DNA of 64,000 nucleotides, from positions 2,108,001 to 2,172,000 of the forward strand of contig JAMWBK010000003.1 in the NCBI GenBank assembly GCA_029953675.1, read 5' to 3'. The translations under genes and the position numbers were made by a program. The notes beneath the pieces are model-generated. The model was not told the DNA's origin. It worked only from the letters and a program-made list of their open reading frames with translations, and searched no databases. This document shows positions 24,046 to 35,462 of the stretch, piece by piece. Position 1 is the stretch's first letter. Every line of letters starts with the position of its first letter. Source of the stretch: Rhodosorus marinus CCMP1338. Taxonomy: Eukaryota; Plantae; Rhodophyta.

Positions 24046-25806
24046 CTTCTAGTCTTCAAGGTTTCAAAAGATAAATTCTAAAAGCGGTCTTCCCTCCCGA
24101 AAAGACTCTGAAACAGCAAGGTGGTTACCGACTACCGTCTCCCCACCCACCCCACACCCCTTCAGGTTCATCCACGCCCTCACGTTTATAGCCTGCCTCG
24201 ATCATCTTAGCCAATGACATTAAGCTGTGATCGATCGCTTAAGGGAGCAAGCTTTCACCAGCTAGAACGATGCTTTCCTGTTCCGATTAGAAACAATTTG
24301 ATCTGAATATTTGAGGGAGGCCTGTTCAACCCATATGTCTACCTTTCTCATCATGTGCAGTCCACACGGCTTCCAGCCGGCAATGGGACAAACCAACAGG
24401 GCTGTCGGCTTCCGCTGGGTTTGGGAGTGTTGTTTGAGAAGGGGTATTGTAAGTGATGAGAAGGTTGTTTGGCTCAGAGATTATGTAACAATCAGGGTTC
24501 ATGGAGACCACGATGTTTTGCAAGTTCAGATGCGCCGCTTAGTTCTCAGTGTTCAGCAAGCCTCCATCCTGCTCGTCGCTCAACCAACCCTTCCGGATGA
24601 GAGGCTCAAAGAACGTCAACGGGGTGTACCTAAATAGTTCTATTTAAAAGACCGATTTGCAGTCCAACTTCCATAATATTCTTCACAACAAATGTATAAA
24701 AAGTACTCTAATACCTGCTCCCAACGGAATTAGGTTTTGCATTCGATCAAGAACATCATAAACTTTCGGGAAAACATCATAAGTTTTTTGTCCGATGAGT
24801 AAGATAGGACATCTGAGCTTGAATATGCTACAGAGCATCCTAAACTAACCATCCCTTTCAGTGCAGTCAATCAGTCCTGACGGATCGTGCAACCCCCACC
24901 CCCAAGCCAACTCTCCATAAAAAAAGCAAAAAACCAATCCCATTTCATCTGATCAAATTAAGTCTCATAATTACTTATTTTAAAAATATCCGCTTTTATG
25001 ATCAAAGTACATCTTCTTGGAAGCTCAATATTCCCTGCTCGTGTAATTTAGCGACAATAATTTACATTATCGAAATAATAATAAAAAGGAACAAAAAGCA
25101 AGAAATTTTGTGAATAAGACGTTTCCCATCACGTTGAGACTCGAGATGTGCTTCCAAGCGAAACCACCGCCACCACTTACTTTTTCGCTCCATACTCAAT
25201 CCAAACGTCATAAATCAATCAATTTCAATTCATGTTCTATTATTGTTTCTGAAAGTGGTACTCTGCTATTCTGAATTTTGGATACTTTTGGGTATTTCTG
25301 GAGAAGATGGTTTTGTGTAAATTTTTCAAAGATGTATGCGGAGCTTTTTGAAATGAGGTTTTGAGTTGGGAGGGTTTTCTGACGACTCTCACTGGCTTCA
25401 GGGGGTTTGAGTGAGTAGATTCGAGTATCAACGTTGGGCTACGACGTGATTTTTTTTCTACCTGCCTTCGTTTCCTCCCTGGAGAGTTCTTTTGTCCTCC
25501 GCCGCGGTTATACAATTCTAGAGCTCTTCCAAGTGTTCGATTTCATTGCAAACGTATCCACATTATGCTAGTTGTACAAATTCATATTTACCGGCGTTCC
25601 GTGTTGTAGGCTCGCTCTGTCTCCCAATTTCCGCGTCGTTCCGTGCCACTGGACTGGAACAGTACGCGATGCTCCAATCGCCAGCCTTTTCAGCGCTGCG
25701 GGTGCAGGTCCAACGCTTCTCGGCGATGTTTACCTTCTGGCTCAATGGACCTCCGCGATTAAACGAGCTGGGTCTTCGTCCTGCACAGTTGCGAGGTTCT
25801 TTCGCG

Positions 25807-28800
25807 TCATCGTCGTTGACGATTTGCAGAAGTCCGTTCAGGACCTCGTTCATCCCCCCGTTCAAATTGGCTACGTCCGTGGCTTTCTCGACCCCGTCCA
25901 CGACGGTCTGTACGCCTTTCTCGTCCCATCCTCCTCAGCTGATTGTCTCCTTCGCTGGAAATTTCACTGTCTGAATTGCTTAAAGTATTTCCGCTATTTT
26001 CCGCAGTGGGCAACTTACGCTGCACCAGCTCATTTGCATCGCCCGCTTTTGGTAGCACTTCCTGTGAATCGCTGCCATCACGTAGCTTAGCTGACAATGC
26101 CTCCGGGTACCTTTTTGCAAAGTAGCTGTCAACTCGTTTCATAGACAAGAACTGACCGGAGTTCTTCAACTGCGCAGTGACCTCTTCATAGAATATTCTC
26201 GGTTTCTCTATGCGCTGGAACTTAAGGACCTCGGACAAGACCTCCAAACCCTCAGATGTTTCCCCACATCGGAGGAGCGCTTCGACCATTTTTCGTCGGT
26301 TCCACTCCGTGAGTTTGGCCTTCGAGTTGACCAGGTGGGTCATAAACTTTCGAACCTCACCCGCGTCGCGATCCTTGCCAAGCGCAACGAACATTGCGCT
26401 GATTGCCCTTGCACCTTGATTAATATTGTGCTCTCTAAACCGCTTCCATATCTTTCTTACAGAAATCGAATCTCCAATTCGTGCGTATGCCTCGATGGCA
26501 GCGCTCAGCAGCTGCTGATCCCATTTCAGGTTAATATGCTCCTCCGCCCTGAGGATGACATCAGCAGCCTTTGCATCCAAGTCGTTTCTCAGATACGCGA
26601 GTACTAACGAGCTGTAGTTAACGGGTTCAAGGGTCAGCTTCGCGTTCTGCGCAAGCACGGGTATCTCATCGAGCTTGTCTGTCCGCCCGACGACTCCATA
26701 CGCAGTTGTCACGAGCGAAAGCATTGTGTGATCCAAGTTCAGGTTATTCTGCTTCGCGAGCCTGAACAGTTCCAACGCGATGTCCGGCATTTTCTTCCTG
26801 TTTGCTTCCAACATCAGGAGATTTACCGTTTCTACCTGAAGGTCCTTGCTTTGGCGGGATAGTGAATCAAAGATTTCCTTCGCGCGATCAAGTTTGTCTT
26901 GCTCGACATAGAGCTTCACAGCAGAATGCACGAACCTCCCAGAGGTCCTAATCTTCCGCTTTTCAACTTGCTCCATGATCTTGTCTGCGAACTCAATCCT
27001 CCCGTCGCCCAATCGCTGAAGTTGTCGCTCCGGAACGAATTTCAGTGTCTCCCCTTTTGCTTCTGCTGCCTTTTTAGTCTTATCCATGTGTTCAAATCGA
27101 AGGCGGAGCAGCTGGTCCAACATGACTCCAAAGGTCCTCTCATCAGCGAGCACCTTTCGTTCGTCCATCTCACTCAGAACCTCCATGGCTCCGGAGAAAT
27201 CCGAAGAACGGACATACGCGCCTATCAGAGAATTGTACGTATATGCGTGCCTAACAACGCCCTGTTGCCCCATGCTAATGAAAATCTTTGTCGCCTCGTG
27301 CAATTTCTTATTTTCTCCGAGCACCGAGATCGCCGCGGCGTAAGCGTCCGACGTTGGCGTCAGATTTTTCTCCCTCATTTCTGCCATGATCTTCTCGACA
27401 CCATCGAGGTCCCGCTGCCTACTCAACGCTTGCACTAGTACACTGTAGCTCTCGCTGTTTGGCTCAATTCCAACGGTCTTCATCTCAGCCAGCACCCTCA
27501 TGGCCGGACCGGGGTGCTGCCCTTTGATTGCGCCCCGGGCAAGCCCGCTCAACATGACTTCATATAGCCTTGAGTCAGGCTCAAATCCCGCGCTCTTCAT
27601 TCTCTCCATCCAGATTTTGGCACCTCCCGGATCTCCTGTTTCCGACAAGTTCATGATGATCGGATGGTAGCTACGCTCGTTCGGTCGGAGCCCCTCCTTT
27701 TTCAACTTTTCAAACATTTCAACAGCCTTGTCCCTATTACCAGCACAAGCATAGCCCAGTATGAGCGTATTGTACGTGACGACGTCCGGAGTTCGTTTCA
27801 GTCTGTACATCCTGTGCAGATGTTCATCCGCCTTGTCCATTTCTCGGTTCTTCGCGAACGCATCCATAAGAGCGTTCCATACGTGGATGTCGGCCCGGCC
27901 GCTCTTTGCGAGCTGGTCAGCTATCCTGCGAGCCTGGTTGGTATTACCGATCTGGCTGTATGCTTTGATGATACTCATCGCCGTGTACTTGTCCCAGGGC
28001 AACTTCTTCGCTTTCATATCGTTGAATATTTCTATGGCGTTCAGGGGCTGATCCAGCGCCATGTAGGACTGTAGAATGGCGTTGTAACTTGAGACATCCT
28101 CAACCAGATTTCGCTCTTTGAAGTAGCGCCTTAACTGCAGAGCTCCTTCGGGTTGTTTACAAGCGTTGTAGGCTACCATCATCGAATTTATCACAGACAC
28201 GGTGAAAGGTTTGTCGGATTCCAACTTCTTCTGAAAAATCATCTTTGCTTCATCCAGCCGTCCGTGTTTCCCCAGAGCCGATATCATATATGTGAAGATT
28301 TTCTCAGGGGTGTCTTCCTTTTCATCCTTTTCGATTCTGCGGAACGTATCAAGGGCCTTTTCGATCTGCCCTCCTCGGTGAAAAACTCGAATCAGAGTGA
28401 AAGTGAGATGTGGGGGAATGTCCTCTAACTTCTTGCCAAAACCCCAACGGATGATACTTTGCGTCTCCTCAGGCATCCTAGCGAGCGTCATGACTTCAGC
28501 CAACTGAGCAGTCCATCTCGGGTATGGCGTAACTCTGTCAGCCTTCATCTCCTGAACTGTCCGAAGAACGAGCATTGTGTCGATCCTGCCACGTTTCGGA
28601 TTCATTGAGTCCACCACGGCACCCCAGTGTCGATCATCAAGTTTGACGCCCATCGACCTCGCCTGAAGAGCAGCTTCCAGCGACCATTTAGGATTGTCTT
28701 CCCCGACATCTTGAAGGACCTTCACCAGCTGTTTTCCAGATTTATCCCGCGCAGCTTGCACCACAAGTTCGCCGAAGCTGGCCCGGAAACTCTCAACAGT

Positions 28801-28932
28801 ACGTGGACGGGGACGTTTATGACCACCAACAAAAGCATCACCTCTGAACGGACTAAACGCCTCTGGGGCTGTGCCACTAGCAATTAAAAGCGGGGATGCA
28901 CGCGAAACAACTCCACGGAATCCAACCCCCAT
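25807..28932 (-). CDS. Large PPR protein (1041 aa), predicted plastid-targeted, intronless
   Basis: Many 35-aa repeats, e.g. IFTYMISALGKHGRLDEAKMIF, DVSSYNAILQSY, PDVVTYNTLILGYACAG, PNERSYHPII, AYTYNSLIGAYVRSSD. N-terminus MGVGFRGV resembles a transit peptide. Confidence 0.95.
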   Translation of the reverse strand: MGVGFRGVVSRASPLLIASGTAPEAFSPFRGDAFVGGHKRPRPRTVESFRASFGELVVQAARDKSGKQLVKVLQDVGEDNPKWSLEAALQARSMGVKLDDRHWGAVVDSMNPKRGRIDTMLVLRTVQEMKADRVTPYPRWTAQLAEVMTLARMPEETQSIIRWGFGKKLEDIPPHLTFTLIRVFHRGGQIEKALDTFRRIEKDEKEDTPEKIFTYMISALGKHGRLDEAKMIFQKKLESDKPFTVSVINSMMVAYNACKQPEGALQLRRYFKERNLVEDVSSYNAILQSYMALDQPLNAIEIFNDMKAKKLPWDKYTAMSIIKAYSQIGNTNQARRIADQLAKSGRADIHVWNALMDAFAKNREMDKADEHLHRMYRLKRTPDVVTYNTLILGYACAGNRDKAVEMFEKLKKEGLRPNERSYHPIIMNLSETGDPGGAKIWMERMKSAGFEPDSRLYEVMLSGLARGAIKGQHPGPAMRVLAEMKTVGIEPNSESYSVLVQALSRQRDLDGVEKIMAEMREKNLTPTSDAYAAAISVLGENKKLHEATKIFISMGQQGVVRHAYTYNSLIGAYVRSSDFSGAMEVLSEMDERKVLADERTFGVMLDQLLRLRFEHMDKTKKAAEAKGETLKFVPERQLQRLGDGRIEFADKIMEQVEKRKIRTSGRFVHSAVKLYVEQDKLDRAKEIFDSLSRQSKDLQVETVNLLMLEANRKKMPDIALELFRLAKQNNLNLDHTMLSLVTTAYGVVGRTDKLDEIPVLAQNAKLTLEPVNYSSLVLAYLRNDLDAKAADVILRAEEHINLKWDQQLLSAAIEAYARIGDSISVRKIWKRFREHNINQGARAISAMFVALGKDRDAGEVRKFMTHLVNSKAKLTEWNRRKMVEALLRCGETSEGLEVLSEVLKFQRIEKPRIFYEEVTAQLKNSGQFLSMKRVDSYFAKRYPEALSAKLRDGSDSQEVLPKAGDANELVQRKLPTAENSGNTLSNSDSEISSEGDNQLRRMGRERRTDRRGRGRESHGRSQFERGDERGPERTSANRQRR

Positions 28933-30002
28933 CGTAAGTTTCGCTATCCCTCTCCAACGAAGAGAAGATGCGTTTCAAGGCAGTTCTCGTCACGTATCGA
29001 TTCTCTAGACTCCAAATTCATCCGTCTCTGAGCGAATATATTCCCTAAAACAACCCCAACAATTTCCTTGAGTTACAATGACTCATTTTCCTATCCACTC
29101 CCACCTCCAACAACCCCGTCCTCAACAAACCAATGTCCATCTTCGGGATGATGCCACGTAGGCCAGTCTACCTTCGAAGGGGACCTGTTGGAGGAAGGTT
29201 GGAACTCAGAACAATACTCTCCAAATAAAACTTGGCATAGTAGGTATCTGCAAGTACTTCATCTGTATTGTGTCAATGTTCATTACCTCTCCCAAACCTA
29301 GGGCCATCGGCCTGCCCGTCTGGCGAGAGTGCGGGTTGCTTTCCTCCTGGGCAGAGATTCCTCGGACGATCATACAGCAAACATCTAAACCTGTAGAGAA
29401 CTCAGTTCATAGCCTGCAGAGATCCATCCAATCACCCAGTCACATAGCTTGAACCAATGTCTACAAGATGGTCCCTTCAGGCGGGGTCACCGACCGTAGT
29501 AGCACTTAAAATCATCCAAAATAGTCCAATGTAAATTACACGTGCCGTTGTTCTATTTGTTTAAACCGGAAAGTAACACGTGTCACTTGATAGCTGCGAA
29601 ATCACGTCTACTATCTGCCATTCATATTTTGTTTTAAGGACAGTTGTTGTCCAATAAATGGACAGAAAATACAGGGGACAAGTGGTAGACTATAATTGGA
29701 TTTAAAGTCTTGCAATACTAAACTTTTTCACAGTTTGCATTCGGCCGACACCGTCTTCGACTTTGGGCATTCGTTGGGGTTCAGTGTTCTTCAGTAAGCG
29801 CTGGCAGCAGATCTTTCCCTCCAGAAGACAGTGCTAGTGGTCACAAGAGCATATCAACGATGCTATATTCTGCAACCAAGTCTCCTGATCTCGTCTGCTT
29901 ACAATTCATTTGGTAAGCGGTCTTGCGTCTGCACTTGAGATGTCGTGCGTTGGCTTGGGTTGGGCAGCGATCAACCGGTAGACCCCAATCCTGGGCACCG
30001 TG

Positions 30003-30866
30003 ATGTATGAGATCCTATTTTGTAACAAAACTGGACTGTCCGCAAGAGATAACCGACTGACTGTTGAACTGGACAGGGTATACAATCGGAAGCCTCATCC
30101 TAGCCCGGAAGTGGAGGACAGGATTGAACAGAGGTGGAAGGACCAGGTTCGAGAAAAGGGAGAAAGTGTTCTGTGGAATGCCACCAAGTTCAGGCTTGAA
30201 TCTGCTAGAGAAACCGCAGATGGACGCCTTCATTTGATGCTGGGCATCACGGACTACAGAGAGTACCAAGGAACGAACTTGCTTACAACAGGGCCACTGC
30301 TTGTCTTCCAACACGAGTGGCACCTCTCGAATGCCTTTGGCAACTGTTGCGTCGTGAGGACATGCGATGGCAAGGTACCTTTTGTGGTGCGGAGCAGGCG
30401 AGTAGGAGAGGGAGAAGGGTTCGCTGTGCTTCCCGGCGGACACGCTGAGCCCTCTCGTCTCGGCATTGAGCGCATGGAGTCGGATCTCTCGAGCATTTCC
30501 CCGAAACAAGTCATCGCCGAACTGTTCACCAGTACCGTTGAGGAAGTTGTCGAGGAGGTCGGAATCTCCAAGGACTACCTCCACATCGATGGGATGAAAA
30601 TGTTAGGCATAGTAAGAAGAACTGCAGACTTGAAAGCACAAATGGTGTGCGTGATCGATTGCGAACTCTCAAGCGTTGATGTGAACCGATTGACAACTCA
30701 ACTAGATCCAGAGTGTCAAAAACTTCTATTCGCAGACTTTGCAGATCTAGAATCCATCTCAGACACCGGGAAGCTGACGGGAGTGAAACTCATGCCAGAA
30801 CACGTTGGGGCAGTGGTACTATACCTAAAGTCACAGGAGAGTGTACATGAATGCAAAAGAACTTAA
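30003..30866 (+). CDS. NUDT22: Nudix hydrolase, NUDT22-like (UDP-sugar pyrophosphatase)
   Basis: LWNATKFRL, LMLGITDYREYQGTN, HLSNAFG, RSRRVGE and LPGGHAEP follow the NUDT22 motif order; EVVEEVGI is the Nudix-box remnant. Confidence 0.85.
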   Translation: MYEILFCNKTGLSARDNRLTVELDRVYNRKPHPSPEVEDRIEQRWKDQVREKGESVLWNATKFRLESARETADGRLHLMLGITDYREYQGTNLLTTGPLLVFQHEWHLSNAFGNCCVVRTCDGKVPFVVRSRRVGEGEGFAVLPGGHAEPSRLGIERMESDLSSISPKQVIAELFTSTVEEVVEEVGISKDYLHIDGMKMLGIVRRTADLKAQMVCVIDCELSSVDVNRLTTQLDPECQKLLFADFADLESISDTGKLTGVKLMPEHVGAVVLYLKSQESVHECKRT

Positions 30867-31257
30867 CCCAACGCGTACGTGACTCAAAAGACTTCAATAA
30901 AACTCCTCTATCAGCTCCAAAGGGAATGATCCCAACCATGCAAGCAGGAATCGACCGCGAGTCCTAACGCCCTATTATATCCTTCATTTTGTGAATATTT
31001 GAAAGACTGACAGCTACTAGGTAAAGATTCATTAAGCGCGGTTACACCATCTTCGAAACCTGCAAGCAACGACGGCCATTACGCTCACCTCCTAAGTGGG
31101 ACAATATGTCCCGGTTTGATGGGACATTTGCGATGACGACGGTGACATGGTGAAGCTGTTTTGAAAGCCATGAGGAGGATGGGGCTTTGCGGAGGTTGCT
31201 TCTGCGTATGGATAGATGAAGAGAAAGCTTGAACTGATGGGTAGAATTTGAAGAAGT

Positions 31258-32084
31258 ATGGGGATACGTCAGAGAAAAAACAACCGGAAGGGCGGACATG
31301 TAGGTTCGAGGAGGAAGCACGGGCTGAAGAAGAAGGCTGCCCAACGGAAGGGGCATATTGATGCGACAAGTATTGCTGAACCGAGTACGTGATGTTATCC
31401 TTGTTAGATGGGACTGGAGGGCTAGTGTCTGAATTTTTTTAACGATTATTCTCTTTCCTTGTTGTGTTTTCGTCCGTGCCACATTAGACATTCAGAAGCT
31501 TTGGGAGCAGAATAAAACCATCAGAGAGAACACGGAGAAACTGGGGATATCGCTTGTAGCAAACAAGAACATAAAGTATGGCAGTGTTGGAGAGAATCCA
31601 TCGAAAAGCAAGGTAAGACTCTCAAAGGGGAACTTTTTTTTTGAAAAGTTGTGAGAGGAAACAACTCAACGCAACTCGTTGGACTTGTTTTAGACTGAGC
31701 TAGTTTCATTGTTAGAGGATCGAGCTGCTCGTGGTGAAGCACTGAGACCTGATCATCTTCCAGAAGGGTGAGTGCATCTTACTAGATGTTGCGCACCCGG
31801 AAAAGCTATCGTTTCTGAAGTGTGAAGAGTTCATTCTCTGTGGAAGGGAGAAGCTTGCGTTGCACAAGCTCATCGGAAAATATGGAACGGACTATCGAAA
31901 AATGGCAAGAGACATGCGATTGAACTCTCAACAACATACAGTAAGTGAAAAGAAGTGAAACGCAAAAATCTGCTTGCTTTGGTCGTTGAATCCACTCTCG
32001 TCTCTGTATCGTTTCCGCGTGAAACAGCCGGCTGTCCTCAGGAAGAAATGTGAAAAGTTTTTGAATGAGGAAAGTGGAAAATAG
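31258..32084 (+). CDS. NOP16: Nucleolar 60S biogenesis protein NOP16, multi-exon
   Basis: Basic N-terminus MGIRQRKNNRKG, LWEQNKTIRENTEKLGI, LHKLIGKYGTDYRKMARDMRLNSQQHT, last exon PAVLRKKCEKF. Internal exon limits are approximate. Confidence 0.82.
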
Positions 32085-33200
32085 ATCCCGCGCGTGTGAG
32101 CAGTTGTACAACAAGGAGAGATATCCAGCTGAAGCTGAGGCCAATCGGGTGCAGTCAGTCAACCTCGATGTCTGCACAAGATTATCAAGATATGGAACGA
32201 AGTTACTGGCAGGGTTTCCGTGAAAGCACGTGTCAGTGAAGGCAGCGGAACCGGATTTGTAGGAATAAAAGTGCGAATGTGTTGAGGGCTCGGCCGTGTC
32301 TGGACTCCTTTCTGGAGATCTTGGATGGTGGATGCAAACCTTACTAACCGGCAAAGAACTGCTCTTCATGACGCTGAAAATGTCTGCGGACCATCAACGC
32401 GAGGATCTGCTTTTGAACGGATGGATGAGCCGACCCGTCCTCACTGTCATGAACTGCTTTGGAATATATTGAAGGGGAACCAGTTTATGATGCAGGTGGC
32501 ATGCGTTTTGTCATGTTTGTCTTCGAGTTTCTGAATGCGCTTGATGCCCCTGGATGAGAAAACAAGACGAACCCAACGCACAACCGCTCCCGGAGAGCAC
32601 CCAGACCAACATATTTCGTGACGATGGACGCAAAACGCTCCGCGCTGATGAAAAGCGATTAAACCACTGCATCATCCAACTTCAAGCCCACGGCCAGGAT
32701 TTGACACCATGTCATAGAGTCAACGGTGCGCTAGCTGCTCTGAGAAGATTCAGCTCTTTGTTGTCCATATACCGCAGGATACAACATCTTTATGTCCCGC
32801 TCACAAACAACCTCAGTTGCAAGTTAAAGTTTTGAGTTTTTTTTTTTAAATCTTCTTCTCGGAATCTGTTATCACATCGGCGCGATCTGTAGCTAGACGT
32901 TAGCACGTCTCTTAATGCACCACTCCGCACCAACCCCAGTTTGCTAAAACCGGTCGGGTAGTTGCGGTCTTGTTAATAGCGTCTCCTGAGAAGGATCCAA
33001 GCTTGTTCCTACTGTCTACAGGGCAGCTATGTACCCCCAGACTAACGTAACCCCGCAAGTGTCAAGACAACCGGACCTGATGGTCCCATTCTGCCTGCTC
33101 CTGACGTTGGGGGAAGATGGTGACGATCAATGTCATCGTCTCGACGTTTCCCAGTTGCCGTTTTTTTTTTGTTCCTCTGGTGTAAAAGTATCGAAGAAAG

Positions 33201-33875
33201 ATGGCATCTGCTTTAAAGACGTACTATCTTGTCTCGTATAACTTGGTCCAATGGATCCTCTGGGTGTCCGTGGTTGGGTTATTGATTCAGGGTTGTTTGG
33301 AGTCCGGCGGGGACCTGGGAGTTGGAGCGGTTCTGGCTTTTCCTCTAGTGAAACTGGCTGTGGGTGTGGCGTGGTTGGAGATGGTTCATAGTGTTTTAGG
33401 CATGACAAAGGGTTCCATAGTTGCCGCTGCTGGGCAGATGTTTGGGAGGTCCATGACGACGTTCGGAATTCTGAACAAGAACCCGGAGGTCGTCCCTCTC
33501 GATTCCACGTTCTTGCTGTTCTTGACGTGGGCGTTGATCGAGCTAATAAGGTACCCATTCTACGCACTCACTCTCATCAACAGATGTCCAAAGTTCCTTG
33601 AATATCTCCGATACAGTGCGTTCATTCCCCTGTACCCCGTTGGAATGATTCTCGAATGGATCGCTGTAAGAACCGGACTCCCCTATATGAAAATCCGAGA
33701 CTACTGGTCGATCTACATGCCGAATACTCTCAACTTTGAGTTCAGCTTTTATCTCTATTGCTCTACTGGATGGATTCAGTACTTGCTTATCGGGCCGTGG
33801 CAGTATGCATACATGCTCAAGCAGAGATCCAAGAGGTTTGCCGCGTCTAAAGCGCAACCGACAAAGACGGAATGA
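33201..33875 (+). CDS. HACD: Very-long-chain 3-hydroxyacyl-CoA dehydratase (PTPLA/PAS2/PHS1 family)
   Basis: YLVSYNLVQWILW, LEMVHSVLG, QMFGRS, WALIELIRYPFY, LRYSAFIPLYPVGMILE and YMLKQRSKRF. Confidence 0.93.
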   Translation: MASALKTYYLVSYNLVQWILWVSVVGLLIQGCLESGGDLGVGAVLAFPLVKLAVGVAWLEMVHSVLGMTKGSIVAAAGQMFGRSMTTFGILNKNPEVVPLDSTFLLFLTWALIELIRYPFYALTLINRCPKFLEYLRYSAFIPLYPVGMILEWIAVRTGLPYMKIRDYWSIYMPNTLNFEFSFYLYCSTGWIQYLLIGPWQYAYMLKQRSKRFAASKAQPTKTE

Positions 33876-34406
33876 TGATGTTCTTATTGTAAGCTCTGTG
33901 AAGTATTGAGCCTTGTACATTTGCACTCGTAATTAGCGGAAGAGGTTTTCAGTCGAGAACCAGAGGAAACAAATTATACCGAATGAAACCCACGTTGGAG
34001 ATTGGCTACAAAGCATGGTTACGGATGAGTTTCCACGATCATGCGCCGGCCTTTAATACTTGGACCTGGCAGTAGAAGAACCTCACGGGACACAAGCTCT
34101 GCTTTAAAAATAAATCAGCACTTCGCTTAACCAAACGAGCTAACCCATTCACCCGGTAACGGTAGCTTGCTTGAGTCTGAGTACTATTCCCTATACAGCT
34201 TCTGGACTACCGAGCTCTTTGCCAAAGTGGGTCCGTGGAGGAGTCTTGGATTCCACAGTGTAATGGCCTGGGTCATCCTTGCCATGAGCGAGACAACGAG
34301 TAAGTGCAACCCAAAGAGCTTCGAGGCTCCGCTGCCTATTCAGATTCAAGAACTTCCGTTCAACGCCGGTAGCTCCCAAACAAGAAATCGCTCAGCGCCA
34401 TCAATC

Positions 34407-35462
34407 TCAAGTCGTTTTGGGTTTCCGATTAGGAAGCTTTTTAAGCTGCTTCAGCCTCAGTAGTGAACCGACGCCCAGGACGAAAACCTTGCTGCACCAT
34501 AGAAACACGTTTCGGTTCCTCTCTTCGGCTAACTGCTTCGCATATAACGCTTCTCCCAGGTGAAGAACGACTGATACGGCAATTACATACTTTAGGATCT
34601 GCCGCGTCCCAGCTTCAACGAAGTCTAGCCATGACCACAAATAGAGGCGACGTGAGTATTGTGTACAGTCGTGCGAGAATCCTTCTCTCTTGACTGTGAG
34701 AAGTCCACTCTCTAGATCCACTGGTCCGCCGAAGCAAGCAAAACAAATGGTCACGATCATCGACGTTTGTGAGTGGCTTGCCTTACCTTGACCCAGGCGA
34801 CCAAAAGCTAGCGAGAACAGTATTACGAACGCAATCAACGTTAATCTTTCGGCAGTGTTCAGCTGAATAACCTCTTCATCCTGTCCTCCTTTCTCAATAA
34901 GCGGCTTGATGTTTATCGGAGTAGGACTCGGGGGTGTGACGACGCGCTCCCGATTGACTTTTCTGAGCGCATCTCTCTCAGAACCAGAGTTCATCGCGGT
35001 TTCAACCTCTTCAACCGTTAATTTCTGTGCTTTTGCTCCTCCAAGAGTCAAAAATCCATCCGTGTCCTTCGGACTGTTTCTCTTGAATACCGGCCGTGCT
35101 GAGGGGTCTCTGATCGGCTTCTCCGCGCCAATTTCCAGTCCCATTTTCTTCGAAATCTCCACGTATCCACCGAAATTCATGATTCCATCCAGAAGATCGT
35201 ATCTCCCGGACTTTGCCAAAACTGCATAAGCGATCGGGGAGTCCTCCTGCTCCTCCTCAGCCCCTGCAAGACCTTCAGCGACGTCTTCCTGCCTTTCACG
35301 TTCCTTCGCATCTATATACGACCGAAGCTCGGTCATCAGTTCAGTCACATCAGCATACTCCTTCTGCGCCATCACTCTAACAGAAGTTCGCGGCCGAACG
35401 CTAGCTCTACAGTCCCTGCGGCCGCCTGCCCAAACTCTAGCGGGCACCAGAAATCCAACCAT
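34407..35462 (-). CDS. Uncharacterised plastid-targeted membrane protein (probably one intron within the ORF)
   Basis: Transit-like MVGFLVPARV...RASVR. Internal motif YAVLAKSGRYDLLDGIMNFGGYVEISKKMGL. C-terminal TM segments include VVLHLGEALYAKQLA..W..KVFVLGVGSL (TMEM254/DUF4499-like). A donor GTAAGG follows RLGQ. Confidence 0.7.
   Translation of the reverse strand: MVGFLVPARVWAGGRRDCRASVRPRTSVRVMAQKEYADVTELMTELRSYIDAKERERQEDVAEGLAGAEEEQEDSPIAYAVLAKSGRYDLLDGIMNFGGYVEISKKMGLEIGAEKPIRDPSARPVFKRNSPKDTDGFLTLGGAKAQKLTVEEVETAMNSGSERDALRKVNRERVVTPPSPTPINIKPLIEKGGQDEEVIQLNTAERLTLIAFVILFSLAFGRLGQGKASHSQTSMIVTICFACFGGPVDLESGLLTVKREGFSHDCTQYSRRLYLWSWLDFVEAGTRQILKYVIAVSVVLHLGEALYAKQLAEERNRNVFLWCSKVFVLGVGSLLRLKQLKKLPNRKPKTT

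Noticed and set aside
24311-24637. Possible Ulp1-like protease relic on the minus strand (EPLIRKGWLSDEQ, HCRLEAV)
   Set aside because: Only two short, imperfect matches with a stop between them; no Q/C catalytic motif.
32100-32850. Possible small minus-strand gene (QILALMVRRHFQRH, vaguely SAP30-like)
   Set aside because: No start or splice model gives a coherent protein; the similarity is too short.
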